This document shows positions 54,166 to 63,878 of a DNA stretch of 64,000 bases, piece by piece. This stretch comes from Verrucomicrobiales bacterium. Its GTDB lineage: Bacteria > Verrucomicrobiota > Verrucomicrobiia > Verrucomicrobiales > V1-33. Numbering within the stretch: the stretch's first letter is position 1; each line of letters opens with the position of its first letter. Under the pieces are notes generated by a model. It was given only the letters and a program-made list of their open reading frames with translations, did no database searches and had not been told where the DNA came from. The DNA is taken from positions 1 to 64,000 of the forward strand of contig JANOAV010000048.1 in assembly GCA_031411295.1 (NCBI GenBank), written 5' to 3'. Both the position numbers and the translations under genes were made by a program.

Positions 54166-54892
54166 GGGCCGATTTCGTAGTCCGAGGCTTCAGCCCGTCG
54201 ACCCCTCCCCCGTGAATCAGCCGCCTGAATCGGCCCGGGACATGTCTGCGGGGTAATGCCCAAACACCACGTTGGTTGTGCCAAAACGAACTGCCGAGCC
54301 TAAACGCAAGGGGGAGGCGTCGGCTCGGCAGTCGAAATGGTATTAGCAATGTGGATCCAAGTTGCAGGTTGCGGCGTGAGCTTGGCAAACGTCTGCGCTT
54401 GGTCTGTCGCGGTGGAAAACTGCTCTGGTTTACGAGTAAACGGAGCAGTCACTCATACTTCATGGACGAGACTACTTCAGAGTCACGCCCGAAGACATGG
54501 GTTCAATCCCTAGAAACTAGGACTTGTAACGCAGACGTTTCTTATGGCGATTGGCACGCATACGCTTTTTACGCTTATGCTTGTTGATCTTAGTCTTCCG
54601 TCTCTTCTTTAGAGAACCCATGGTATTAATGCTGAGTGGTTGTTATGAAAATGCGCACTGGCGCGGGAGGGGCGAATGGTATGAACTTGGGGGGCGATTG
54701 CAAATGGAAAAAGCGGGATTTTTTCCCTGCCCCGAGGAGGGCATGGAGCGAAACTCGCGTTCATTGGGCATTCTCGGCTCCGAGAAATGTCGCCAATGCG
54801 TCCCAGCGACGCTCCGTTTCTGATCTCAACCGCCGCCGCATGATGGTTCTAAGAGCCACCGGAGCCAGCGAGGTTTGGCGGAAAAACGAGCT

Positions 54893-55990
54893 TTACAGCA
54901 GCGCGCTGGCGATATCCTCAGAGGTATCTGATGCGCGCGGCAGCGTCACTTTCACGGTATTCAGCTCCGGCCCCGAGCTGAAGTGGATTTCCCCCCGATG
55001 CAATTCCACCAATGATTGCGCGATGCTGAGTCCCAGCCCGCAACCGTCCACGGCGCGCCCAGCCGAGCGATCACCCCGGTAGAATCGCTCGAAGACATGC
55101 TCGGCAGTATCCTCGCTCAGATGAGGGCCGCTGTTCTGGATTACGAACTCGGCTCCGGTTGGGGTGCTCTTGAGGCTAAGGTGGACTTCCCCGTTGGGAA
55201 CATTGTATTTCACCGCATTGTCCGCCAGGATGAGCAACAGTTGCCGCAGGCGATGCCGATCGGCGGAGAGGGTGATTTCTTCACAGGGATGGAGTGAGAT
55301 GCGGAGATTTTTCCCATCTGCCAGCACCTCCAGATCATCCCGCACCTCGCGCACCAGTTCGTGCAACGCCACTGGCTCCAGAACCAGAGTGACCAGATCT
55401 GCATCCGCCCGGGTGAGCAAGGCCAGGCCATCCACGATCTTGGTCAGTCGGGAAATTTCATCCAAGCGGGTCTCCAGAATTTCCGGTCGGGCTTCGCGTG
55501 GTTCCGGATTGGTCAACTCCCGTTCCAGACTGGCGCGCAGCACGGTGAGGGGAGTTTTTAGTTCATGGCTGGCGTGGAGGGTAAAATTATGGATTTGCAG
55601 GAAACTTTGGTGGAGCCGCTCGCTCATGCGATTGAAGGCGGCGGTCAATTTGTCCAACTCGTCGCCCCGTCCAGTTAGCGGCAGGGGGTGGCCAAGCTCG
55701 TCCAAGCGCCCACTGCTAATGCGCTCTGCCGCCGCCGTCAGACCATCAATGGGCCGCAACATGCGCAACACGAGATACCACGCGCCCACTGCCAGCAACA
55801 AAATGGGCACGCTGCCGCGGCCCACGACTTCCATCATCCGCCAGGCGGGGGTTTCCTCCCGATCTTCTCCGGCGGTATCCGGATCGGCCGGTTCCTCCAC
55901 CATTTCCCGATAGGACAAAAACGTCGTGAAGACCAAGCACACGCCCACCATCCCGCAGAAAATCACGGCCAGGCGCACCCGCAAACTCAT
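54893..55990 (-). CDS. HAMP-domain sensor histidine kinase
   Basis: 2 TM, DELDKL...FNRM, ASHELKTPL, LADNAVKY, FERFYR, GCGLGLSIA. Confidence 0.94.
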   Translation of the reverse strand: MSLRVRLAVIFCGMVGVCLVFTTFLSYREMVEEPADPDTAGEDREETPAWRMMEVVGRGSVPILLLAVGAWYLVLRMLRPIDGLTAAAERISSGRLDELGHPLPLTGRGDELDKLTAAFNRMSERLHQSFLQIHNFTLHASHELKTPLTVLRASLERELTNPEPREARPEILETRLDEISRLTKIVDGLALLTRADADLVTLVLEPVALHELVREVRDDLEVLADGKNLRISLHPCEEITLSADRHRLRQLLLILADNAVKYNVPNGEVHLSLKSTPTGAEFVIQNSGPHLSEDTAEHVFERFYRGDRSAGRAVDGCGLGLSIAQSLVELHRGEIHFSSGPELNTVKVTLPRASDTSEDIASALL

Positions 55991-56700
55991 TTCGCTTCCT
56001 CCAGCACCTTGAGTTCCTGGGCTGGCTTGGTGTCGTGCATCACGTAGCCGATCCCTTTCACGGTATGGATCAATTTCACATCGTGCGAGAAGTCCACCTT
56101 ATCCCGGATCCGCCGCACATAGACGTCCACCAGATTTGTTCCCGGATCGAACTGATAGTCCCATGCCTCCGAGAGCAGCAGCGAGCGCGGACAGATGTGC
56201 CCTTGGTGTCGCATCAGGACTTCCAGCAGCTTGAATTCGCGCGGGCTCAGATCCACCCGTCGCCCCGCCCGCCGCACTTCGCGTGCGGCCACATTCAGCG
56301 AGAGGTCAGCCATGTGCAGCTCGATGCTCTTCCGTTCGCCTGATCTGCGTGTCAGGGCCTTCACCCGGGCCACGACCTCAGTGACCGAGAATGGCTTCGG
56401 TAAATAATCGTCTGCCCCAGCATTCAGACCTTCCACCCGCTGCTCCACCCCACCCCGCGCTGAGAGCATGAGGACGGGCACGGAGTTGCTTTGCTTGCGC
56501 CACTCTTGCACCACTTTGAGCCCATTCCACTCCGGTAGCATGATGTCCAGCACCACCGCAGCGTAAGGTTCCCGCTGCCCCATTTCGTAGGCGGATTTCC
56601 CATCGCCACAGATGTCCACTTTAAATCCATCCTCCCGCAATGCCTCCGCGATGAAATTGGCCGTGCGGGCTTCGTCTTCGACTAGTAAGATTCGTTTCAT
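55987..56700 (-). CDS. OmpR-family response regulator (CusR/CopR-like)
   Basis: ILLVEDE, LDIMLP, GADDYLPKPF, TNLVDVYVRRIRDK, IHTVKGIGY. Confidence 0.95.
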   Translation of the reverse strand: MKRILLVEDEARTANFIAEALREDGFKVDICGDGKSAYEMGQREPYAAVVLDIMLPEWNGLKVVQEWRKQSNSVPVLMLSARGGVEQRVEGLNAGADDYLPKPFSVTEVVARVKALTRRSGERKSIELHMADLSLNVAAREVRRAGRRVDLSPREFKLLEVLMRHQGHICPRSLLLSEAWDYQFDPGTNLVDVYVRRIRDKVDFSHDVKLIHTVKGIGYVMHDTKPAQELKVLEEAK

Positions 56701-56871
56701 GGCTGGTAGTAAATTTCAAATTAGCATCCGACGCAAGCGCCACCAATAAGTGCGCGCCCGCTTGCTGATAGTCATACGACATGCCCCAACTTACCTGAAG
56801 TGAATATCCTGTCATGCCGACCATCCGCATGAATGGGCGATACCGCGGTGGGGATCTACGTTGCATTCTCC

Positions 56872-57810
56872 CTACCGGATCCGCTCGTATAACGCCTGCG
56901 CGACCAGCAATGGCTCCGCCGCAACGCCACTGGCTTGGGAGCGCTGTGGTGCGGCGGAAATGTTCTGCTCGGAGAAGATGACCGCCTCCATGTGCAACGT
57001 GTCTCCTTCAAGTATGGTGCTTAGGCCCACTGGCGTTTGGCAGCCAGCTTTCAGCAAATGCAGGAAATGCCGCTCTGCGGTGATCCGACAGAACGTGGGA
57101 GCATGATTCAATTTGGACAGACATTCGGCTAGCACGGGATCATCCCCGAAGACTTCCAGGGCCACCGCACCTTGGCTGGCTGCAGGAAGAAACTCCTGAG
57201 CGGACAAGCTTTCCTGATACAGGGTAACCCCACTAACTTCCGACGATGCAGCCGATAAATTCAGTCGATCCAACCCTGCGCGCGCCAACAGCAGGGCAGC
57301 CCAGCGTTCTGTGGTGGCCAGTTTCGTGATCCGGGTGGGCACGTTGCCGCGAATCTCCTCGACCTGCAAATCCGGTCGCAGCCAACGCAGTTGTCGGGCG
57401 CGACGCACACTGCTCGTCGCCACAATGGCTCCGCTGGGCAAGGCTGCGAGCCCGCCGGGGAATTTACTGATCAGCACATCTTCCGTGGCGGCCCGCGGGA
57501 GCACGGCGGTAATGCGGAACCCCTCGCCTAACTCAGTCGGCACGTCCTTTAAACTATGCACTGCCAGATCGATCTTTCCTGCCTCCAGAGCGATTTCCAG
57601 CTCTTTCGTGAAAATCCCCTTGTCCACTGGGTTCGGTCCCCGATTGAATTCCGCCAGTTTCAGATCCGGCCGCAGATCGCCCGTGGAATGGATGATTTCC
57701 CGCACCACCGTTAGGTCCGGCCAGGCCAGCGCCAGCGCTTGTTCGGTCATGGTTGCTTGCGCCAAGGCCAGTTCGCTGCCGCGGGTTCCGAGTGTTAGTT
57801 TTGTCAGCAT
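56872..57810 (-). CDS. hemC: Hydroxymethylbilane synthase (porphobilinogen deaminase)
   Basis: GTRGSELALAQ, KGIFTKELE, AVHSLKDVP, TSSVRR, IRGNVPTR. Confidence 0.96.
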   Translation of the reverse strand: MLTKLTLGTRGSELALAQATMTEQALALAWPDLTVVREIIHSTGDLRPDLKLAEFNRGPNPVDKGIFTKELEIALEAGKIDLAVHSLKDVPTELGEGFRITAVLPRAATEDVLISKFPGGLAALPSGAIVATSSVRRARQLRWLRPDLQVEEIRGNVPTRITKLATTERWAALLLARAGLDRLNLSAASSEVSGVTLYQESLSAQEFLPAASQGAVALEVFGDDPVLAECLSKLNHAPTFCRITAERHFLHLLKAGCQTPVGLSTILEGDTLHMEAVIFSEQNISAAPQRSQASGVAAEPLLVAQALYERIR

Positions 57811-57831
57811 GAAGTTCGGGGGAGGTAAATT

Positions 57832-58926
57832 TTATGAGCCAGCAGGCGGTGCGGGCGCAGGCTGCAAGGCCGATGTGGCCATGGCATTGGGGTGCTGCGG
57901 GCGGAAGATGGCGGAGTCCCGCACTTGCTCGTCGATGATAATCTGGCAACGCTCCAGCTCGCGCATCCGACGCTCGCGGGCGGACTGGGCGATGCTCTCC
58001 AGCGCATCGATATCGAAGAGATAAACATTATCCAATTCCGCCACCGCCGGGTCGATATCGCGCGGCACTGCGATGTCGATGAGGAACAATGGCCGACCAC
58101 CCCGTCGCTTACGCAACGCAGGCTCCAGATCATCCGGATGCACCACCGTGTGGGGCGCTGCGGTGCTGCTGATAAGAATGTCCACGTTAGGAATTTCCCG
58201 CTGCCAGTCATCGAACGTAATCGCCCGGCCGCCCATTTCTGCGGCCATTTCCAGCGCCCGATCATGGCTGCGATTGGAAACGATGATGCTCTTGGCACCC
58301 CGACTTTGCAGGCTCTGCGCGGTGCGTCGGCTGATCTCCCCAGCGCCTAACAGCAGCACGTGACAGGCATCCAGATTGCCGAATAATTTTTCCGCTAGCT
58401 CCACCGCCACGGAGCCCACGGACGTGGCCCCGCGTTGGATGTCGGTGTTGTTGCGCACCATTTTACCCACGCGGAAGGCTTCCTGGAAGAGTTTGTTCAG
58501 GGTGCGGGCAGTGGCTCCTTCCGCATGAGCCAGTTGATACGCATCCTTGACCTGACCGAAAATTTCCGTTTCTCCCAACACCATGGAATCCAGTCCACTG
58601 GCCACCGCAAAGAGATGGCGCACCGCAGCTTCCCGCGCATGATGGAAGAACGTTTCCGCCGACACCGCTCCTTCAATTGAGAAATGGCCCCGCAGCCAGG
58701 ATTCAATGTTCGCCACGGCACCTGCCGGATCCTCCAGGGCAGAGGCATCCAGACCGGCATAGATTTCCATGCGGTTACAAGTGGACACGACGACGGCCTC
58801 TTGGATCCCTGCCAGCGTCGAGATTTGCTTGGCCACTTCGCCCAGATGCTTGCTACCAAAAGCCACGCGCTCCCGAATTTCCACGGGGGCGGTTTTGTAG
58901 CTTAATCCTAGGCAAACGACGGGCAT
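57832..58926 (-). CDS. hemA: Glutamyl-tRNA reductase
   Basis: STCNRMEIY, SGLDSMVLGETEIFGQVK, GAGE, DIAVPRDID. Confidence 0.96.
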   Translation of the reverse strand: MPVVCLGLSYKTAPVEIRERVAFGSKHLGEVAKQISTLAGIQEAVVVSTCNRMEIYAGLDASALEDPAGAVANIESWLRGHFSIEGAVSAETFFHHAREAAVRHLFAVASGLDSMVLGETEIFGQVKDAYQLAHAEGATARTLNKLFQEAFRVGKMVRNNTDIQRGATSVGSVAVELAEKLFGNLDACHVLLLGAGEISRRTAQSLQSRGAKSIIVSNRSHDRALEMAAEMGGRAITFDDWQREIPNVDILISSTAAPHTVVHPDDLEPALRKRRGGRPLFLIDIAVPRDIDPAVAELDNVYLFDIDALESIAQSARERRMRELERCQIIIDEQVRDSAIFRPQHPNAMATSALQPAPAPPAGS

Positions 58927-58932
58927 GTCTGA

Positions 58933-59706
58933 TCAGTGGGCAAAAATCCAGAGCGTGATTAACGGCATCACAAACGCCGCTACCGAGGCCAGCGCGCTGC
59001 GTCGGGCGGACATGCCGCGGGTGAATTCGTAACCAATGAGCACGGCATACAGGGCCCAGATGAGATAGACTGGCATCAGCGAGTGTCCGGGGTTGACCTT
59101 GGTCATGCGCCACGCCGAAACGATGCCGACGCTCAGCAGCACGAAGCCAAAGACATTCAAGCGACGCATCACTTTCTGGAGAAAATGAATTGGCGGCAAA
59201 TGGTAAAAGAGGGAGCGCAACTGATGTTTCCGCAGTTGCCGATCCTGCACCAGGAACATCACGCCGGCCACGCAGGACAAAGCAAACGCGCCGTAGCTCA
59301 GCAGGGAGACTGATTTGTGCAGCTCATTCCAGTAGTCGCCTGCCACCGGATGAGCCACGACTGGATCCGGGGAGAACAGCGCCATCATATGCAGCAAGAA
59401 CACCAGCGGGGCCGTGAACATCCCTAACAACGACCACCGATAACTTGTGCCGATCAGGAAATACAACACCATCATGGCCCACGCCACGAAGATCAGCACC
59501 TCAAATTGATTGGTAGCCGGGCACTGCTGCACTTGCTTACCCCGCAGTGCCAGGAAAACGCACTGACACGCAAAACCAAGCCCCATCACTAGCAGATTCC
59601 ACCAACTCGGCCGATACCTTCCGGTCCGCAAGGCCAGGAACGCAAACGCGAACCCGCCGCAGAAAAAGGCTGTAGCCAAGTAAATGAAAAATCGATCAGG
59701 GGGCAT
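58933..59706 (-). CDS. Cytochrome c assembly protein CcsA/HemX-like
   Basis: Multi-TM; CPATNQFE, W..LH...LLSYGAF, QDRQLR, LPPI; directly upstream of hemA. Confidence 0.85.
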   Translation of the reverse strand: MPPDRFFIYLATAFFCGGFAFAFLALRTGRYRPSWWNLLVMGLGFACQCVFLALRGKQVQQCPATNQFEVLIFVAWAMMVLYFLIGTSYRWSLLGMFTAPLVFLLHMMALFSPDPVVAHPVAGDYWNELHKSVSLLSYGAFALSCVAGVMFLVQDRQLRKHQLRSLFYHLPPIHFLQKVMRRLNVFGFVLLSVGIVSAWRMTKVNPGHSLMPVYLIWALYAVLIGYEFTRGMSARRSALASVAAFVMPLITLWIFAH

Positions 59707-59832
59707 GGGAACCGACAACCTAGGCCACCAACGACACCGCGCAAGCTGGGAAATGAACGCGAAATGCGGGTGGGAAGTCTCCGCGCGCCCCATCTGTAGT
59801 AGCAGGAAGGGTGCCCCCGCGCTCCAACTCGC

Positions 59833-60023
59833 AAAGTAGCCGTCATCGCTCCGCGTGACGGCAGGCGTTAGCGGGCGCATTCGAGTTCGGAGTCAGTCTG
59901 CCTAGCGCAGCACGGCGCTCGCATCAACGGCGCATGGCAGGGACGCTGGCGTTTGGTGATTCGCAGCGGTGGAGGGATGGGGAAATCGTGCTGGTCATCA
60001 CGCGGAGCGATGATGACTACTTT
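59833..60023. repeat. REP doublet (REPIN-like) copy 1, 191 bp, inverted GTAG-type REPs at both ends
   Basis: Left AAAGTAGCCGTCATCGCTCCGCGTGACGGC; right (reverse complement) AAAGTAGTCATCATCGCTCCGCGTGATGAC. Confidence 0.9.
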
Positions 60024-60028
60024 AAAGG

Positions 60029-60055
60029 ACCACGAATCGCACGAATGACACGAAT
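60029..60055. repeat. Triple nonamer (nnCACGAAT)x3 between the two REP doublets
   Basis: ACCACGAAT CGCACGAAT GACACGAAT. Confidence 0.8.
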
Positions 60056-60082
60056 AAATCCCTCCGCCACAAAGCTCTTCGC

Positions 60083-60266
60083 AAAGTAGCCGTCATCGCT
60101 CCGCGTGACGGCAGGCGTTAGCGGGCGCATTCGAGTTCGGAGTCAGTCTGCCTAGCGCAGCACGGCGCTCGCATCAACGGCGCATGGCAGGGACGCTGGC
60201 GTTTGGTGATTCGTAGCGGCGGAGGGATCGGAAAATCGTGCTGGTCATCACGCGGAGCGATGATGA
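60083..60266. repeat. REP doublet copy 2, right end lacking CTACTTT
   Basis: Near-identical to copy 1 at a 250-bp offset. Confidence 0.9.
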
Positions 60267-60348
60267 TTTTCTCCCCCGGAAGGCAATCACCGCATTATTT
60301 CAGATGCAAATTCTCCCCGCCACGGCATAGCAATGAAATTACTACTTT

Positions 60349-61383
60349 ATGAAATCCCTTACCCTCACTGCCTACAACGAATTCTCCTTTGGCGATACTC
60401 CGGTGCCCGAGACCGGCCCTGACGATTTACTCATCGAAGTGAAAGCCTGCGGCATTTGCGGCAGCGATGTCCATGGCATGGACGGCAGCACCGGGCGACG
60501 CATTCCACCCATCATCATGGGTCACGAGGCTGCAGGGGTGATCAAAGAAATCGGCTCTGAAGTGAAGGGGGATTGGAAAATTGGCCAGCGAGTTACTTTT
60601 GATTCCACCGTCTATTGTGGAAAATGTGACTACTGCGCAAAGGGCCTGGTAAACTTATGCGCCAGCCGTCGGGTGCTGGGGGTGAGCTGCGGGGAATACC
60701 GTCAAAATGGAGCGTTTGCAGAATTTGTGAAAGTGCCAGAACGCGTGGCGGTGGCGGTGCCGGACAAAGTCAGCTTCGAGGAAGCCGTCTTCGTGGAACC
60801 AACCGCCGTGGCTCTCCACGGCGTGCGTCGGGCGCAAGCGGGACCGGGGGATACGGCCTTGGTCGTGGGCGCTGGCATCATCGGCCTGCTGACCATTCAA
60901 GCGCTCAAAGCGGCTGGTTGCACGAAAGTTTACGCCGCCGACCTCAATGTCCAACGGCTCGCCCTGGCGCTGGAGCTGGGAGCAGATGAAATTTTCCCCG
61001 TAGGCGAAGGCAACGTGAAAGAGAAAGTCCTGGAGCGAACCAATGGCGAAGGCGTGGACGTAGCCATCGACTGCGTGGGCATCGGCCCCGTGGTGGACCT
61101 GGTTTTACACGCCGTGAAAAAGGGCGGGCGCGTAGGACTCATCGGAAATCTCGCTCCACGTTGTGAATTCGCCCTGCAAACCGTGGTGACGCGGGAACTC
61201 AGCCTCTTCGGCTCCTGCGCCTCCGCTGGCGAGTATCCCCAGGCGCTGGAGGAAATTGCCGCCGGCCGCATCAAAGTGAAGCCCCTCACCAGCGCCATCG
61301 CCCCGCTGGAAGAAGGCTCCGACTGGTTCCACCGCCTCCACGGCGGTAAGGAGGATTTAATTAAGGTGATCCTGACTCCGTGA
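60349..61383 (+). CDS. Zinc-dependent sugar-alcohol dehydrogenase (MDR; galactitol-1-P/iditol dehydrogenase-like)
   Basis: CGICGSD, MGHE, CGKCDYC...NLC, GAGIIG. Confidence 0.93.
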   Translation: MKSLTLTAYNEFSFGDTPVPETGPDDLLIEVKACGICGSDVHGMDGSTGRRIPPIIMGHEAAGVIKEIGSEVKGDWKIGQRVTFDSTVYCGKCDYCAKGLVNLCASRRVLGVSCGEYRQNGAFAEFVKVPERVAVAVPDKVSFEEAVFVEPTAVALHGVRRAQAGPGDTALVVGAGIIGLLTIQALKAAGCTKVYAADLNVQRLALALELGADEIFPVGEGNVKEKVLERTNGEGVDVAIDCVGIGPVVDLVLHAVKKGGRVGLIGNLAPRCEFALQTVVTRELSLFGSCASAGEYPQALEEIAAGRIKVKPLTSAIAPLEEGSDWFHRLHGGKEDLIKVILTP

Positions 61384-61386
61384 GAA

Positions 61387-62553
61387 TTATCTCAGCTTGC
61401 GCACCGCCCTATCGAAATCTGCTGGCCAATTCAAATTCACAACACCAACCGGTTGCTGTTCGCGGAAAAGGGCTGGATTTGCCAACACCATGGTCCTCCA
61501 TGCCGCAACTTCCCCATCCGATTCAAGAATTTCGGCAAACTGCACTTTCATTTCTGATGAGAATCTCCCGAATAGAGCGGTGCGGTCTTGCTGACTCGAA
61601 AAAAACCATAGGGCTTCTCCTTTTCCAGCTTCTTCTGCGGCCTGTTTTGCTGCAGCCTGTAATGATGAATTGTTCAGGTAGTTGCTAAAAGCCGCGTTGT
61701 TCTGACCTACCTCGTTGTATAGTATTTCCCTAGCATACATTTGTGACCGGGTTTCGCTGATCATGTCTAATTTTCCAGAATCTAGCCCCCTCTGCACGAT
61801 GTCTAAAAGCAATGCAGTAATCGTGTTCCGTTGCTCCGCTGTTCCCAGCTTTCTGCTACCCGCTGGTCCTCGAGTCGAATTTAAGAGGGAATTTGTTTGC
61901 ACGATGCTGGTATTTTTGCTGGAGAATTGGTAACTAGCCAGTGCCTCCGTTCGATCTATGCCCGCTGCTACGGCGGCATTTACATAATCACTACGCAGCA
62001 TCGAAAAATAGTCCGTGAAGCCTCCTGTCTCATAAGACGCCTTCATGAGTTGAATGGCTTCATTGATCTTGCCCGTGTGGAGCAAAATATCCGCCAAGAC
62101 TTGAGTGGCCAAGACGTCTCCCGGGGCTAATGCTAGAAGTTGCCTTGCATATTGTTCTCTTTTATCCAGCGACAAAAGTGTTGAATCCAGCAACGCCTGC
62201 GCAAGCGGTGCCTTCTCGTTTGGATGTGAGGCAATGTAATTTTCTAATCCCTCCGCAGCCCCCGGCTTTTTGTGAATACCATCCCACAATACCTTTTCCC
62301 AAGTTTGCTCAGGGCCCCTCTGCGGCTCCGTCGAAATGACACTCCCTTGCTTGATGGCACTTTCATCTTGCCCCTGAATAGGTTTATTCAGCTGCTTGGT
62401 CGGAACATTAGGAGTAGCTCGACAAAAAATCGCAACGGCACACAGGACAAGGAGGCCAAGGGCGCCTAGAATGGCTTTTGCCCCCTTAAATTTGCATTTT
62501 AGACGCGGCAATGTTTCCTGTGTGTAGCCGTCTTTATCATCGTCGTTGCTCAT
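61387..62553 (-). CDS. Hypothetical membrane-anchored helical (TPR-like) protein, AT-richer than its neighbours
   Basis: Long ORF; start at ATG 62553 preferred because the ORF extension is antisense to the dehydrogenase duplicate. Confidence 0.65.
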   Translation of the reverse strand: MSNDDDKDGYTQETLPRLKCKFKGAKAILGALGLLVLCAVAIFCRATPNVPTKQLNKPIQGQDESAIKQGSVISTEPQRGPEQTWEKVLWDGIHKKPGAAEGLENYIASHPNEKAPLAQALLDSTLLSLDKREQYARQLLALAPGDVLATQVLADILLHTGKINEAIQLMKASYETGGFTDYFSMLRSDYVNAAVAAGIDRTEALASYQFSSKNTSIVQTNSLLNSTRGPAGSRKLGTAEQRNTITALLLDIVQRGLDSGKLDMISETRSQMYAREILYNEVGQNNAAFSNYLNNSSLQAAAKQAAEEAGKGEALWFFSSQQDRTALFGRFSSEMKVQFAEILESDGEVAAWRTMVLANPALFREQQPVGVVNLNWPADFDRAVRKLR

Positions 62554-62670
62554 GAAATGCTTTGAGGGTTGGTGGCTAGAACTTTTTCTAGTATGGCCAA
62601 AATTCAAGCCAGAGTCAAGACCGCTTTTCCTTCCAATGAGGATTGCTCCCATTTTGGGGTGAAAGATACA

Positions 62671-62778
62671 GTGAAGCCACTCACCAGCGCGATCGCCCCA
62701 CTGGAGGAAGGATCCGACTGGTTCCACCGACTCCATGGCGGCAAGGAGGATCTGATCAAAGTGATTCTGACTCCGTGA
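62671..62778 (+). pseudogene. Duplicate of the last 108 nt of the dehydrogenase gene
   Basis: Matches 61276..61383; 13 differences by hand alignment, all synonymous. Confidence 0.93.
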
Positions 62779-62874
62779 GGCCTGTGTCCTGAGGGGAATC
62801 TCTAACTAGGGTTGAAGGCGCCATGTCCGTTTTCCGCTTGAAATATGCCACCACGTAATTACAGTGAGTCCATT

Positions 62875-63192
62875 ATGAAAGCGACCACCATTACTTTGGC
62901 ACAAATCGGAAATTCGCGAGGAATTCGACTCCCCGCTGGGTTGATTCAGAAATACGGTTTCGAGCAAGGTATGATCTTGGAGGACCGGGGACATGAGATT
63001 GCGCTAGTGGCACCATCCGGGCCCCGGAAGCTCTCTTGGGAAGCCACTGCGCGGGAAATGGCTAGCGCGGCCGAGGATTGGTCCGAATGGGACGCGACGG
63101 GAGCAGATGGACTAGAGAATATTCCCTGGACGGAACCAGCGCCAAAGCCAAAACGCCCCGCTTCCAAAACCAAAGCCTGCCGCAAGAAATGA
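62875..63192 (+). CDS. mazE: AbrB/MazE-family antitoxin
   Basis: IGNSRGIRLP motif; ATGA overlap with the toxin. Confidence 0.85.
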   Translation: MKATTITLAQIGNSRGIRLPAGLIQKYGFEQGMILEDRGHEIALVAPSGPRKLSWEATAREMASAAEDWSEWDATGADGLENIPWTEPAPKPKRPASKTKACRKK

Positions 63193-63509
63193 AGCGCTAC
63201 GACATTTACTGGGCACGACTGGACCCCGTAGAAGGAAGTGAGTTAAGCAAGACCCGCCCGTGCGTCATTGTTAGTCTGGATGTCCTGAATTCCAGCCTGC
63301 CGACCGTAGTTGTTTGCCCACTTACGTCCACTCTCCGTCCCGCTTGGCGCAGCCGCCTTTCCATTACCAGTGCCGGACGCCCAGCGGATGTTTGTGCGGA
63401 TCAAATCCGCGTGCTCAGCAAAAGTAGGCTAACCAGAAAAATCGGGACACTCACCGCAGCGGAAGTGACCGCGTTGCAACATTTGCTAGCCGAGATGTAT
63501 GGTGCTTAA
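63189..63509 (+). CDS. mazF: PemK/MazF-family toxin
   Basis: RYDIYWARLDPVEGSELSKTRPCVIVS...PLTS...DQIRVLSKSRL. Confidence 0.92.
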   Translation: MKRYDIYWARLDPVEGSELSKTRPCVIVSLDVLNSSLPTVVVCPLTSTLRPAWRSRLSITSAGRPADVCADQIRVLSKSRLTRKIGTLTAAEVTALQHLLAEMYGA

Positions 63510-63512
63510 GTA

Positions 63513-63752
63513 GGAAATTTTGCCTCGCGTGGTGAATTCGCCCTGCAAACCGTGGTTACAGGGGAACTCAGCCTCTTCGGTTCCTGCGCCTCCGCTGGCG
63601 AGTATCCACAAGCGCTGGAAGAAATTGCCGCTGGCCGCATCAAAGTAAAGCCACTCACCAGCGCCATCGCCCCACTGGAAGAAGGCTCCGACTGGTTCCA
63701 CAGGCTGCATGGCGGAAAGGAAGATCTCATTAAGGCGATCCTGACTCCGTGA
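63513..63752 (+). pseudogene. Duplicate of the last 240 nt of the dehydrogenase gene
   Basis: Matches 61144..61383; mostly synonymous changes, about 5 amino-acid changes. Confidence 0.93.
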
Positions 63753-63861
63753 CTTGGCTAGAGTTTAGGCAAATTTTCATTTTTAAACTTGATAATTTCC
63801 ATAAGTGAACTTTAGTTAATTTGTTGCGTAGGCATTTTCCCCGAGAATTGTTCTGCGTTAA

Positions 63862-63878
63862 TTGGCACGACTCCTGCT
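63862..63878 (+). promoter_or_regulatory. Putative sigma-54 (-24/-12) promoter
   Basis: TTGGCAC-GACTC-CTGCT versus consensus TGGCAC-N5-TTGC; AT-rich upstream; ATG at 63997. Confidence 0.6.

Noticed and set aside
57832..58926. hemA as a truncated pseudogene (364 aa)
   Set aside because: Catalytic and NADPH-binding motifs are intact and it sits in a normal ccsA-hemA-hemC order; a short C-terminus alone is not evidence of decay.
59707..59880. N-terminal extension of the CcsA-like ORF (315 aa)
   Set aside because: The extension runs through the REP doublet; ATG 59706 gives a normal membrane protein.
62554..62736. N-terminal extension of the 449-aa minus-strand ORF
   Set aside because: Part of it is the antisense of the dehydrogenase tail duplicate.
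61144..63752. Diversity-generating retroelement (TR/VR pair)
   Set aside because: Differences are mostly third-position and not adenine-specific, the protein is almost unchanged, and no reverse transcriptase is present.
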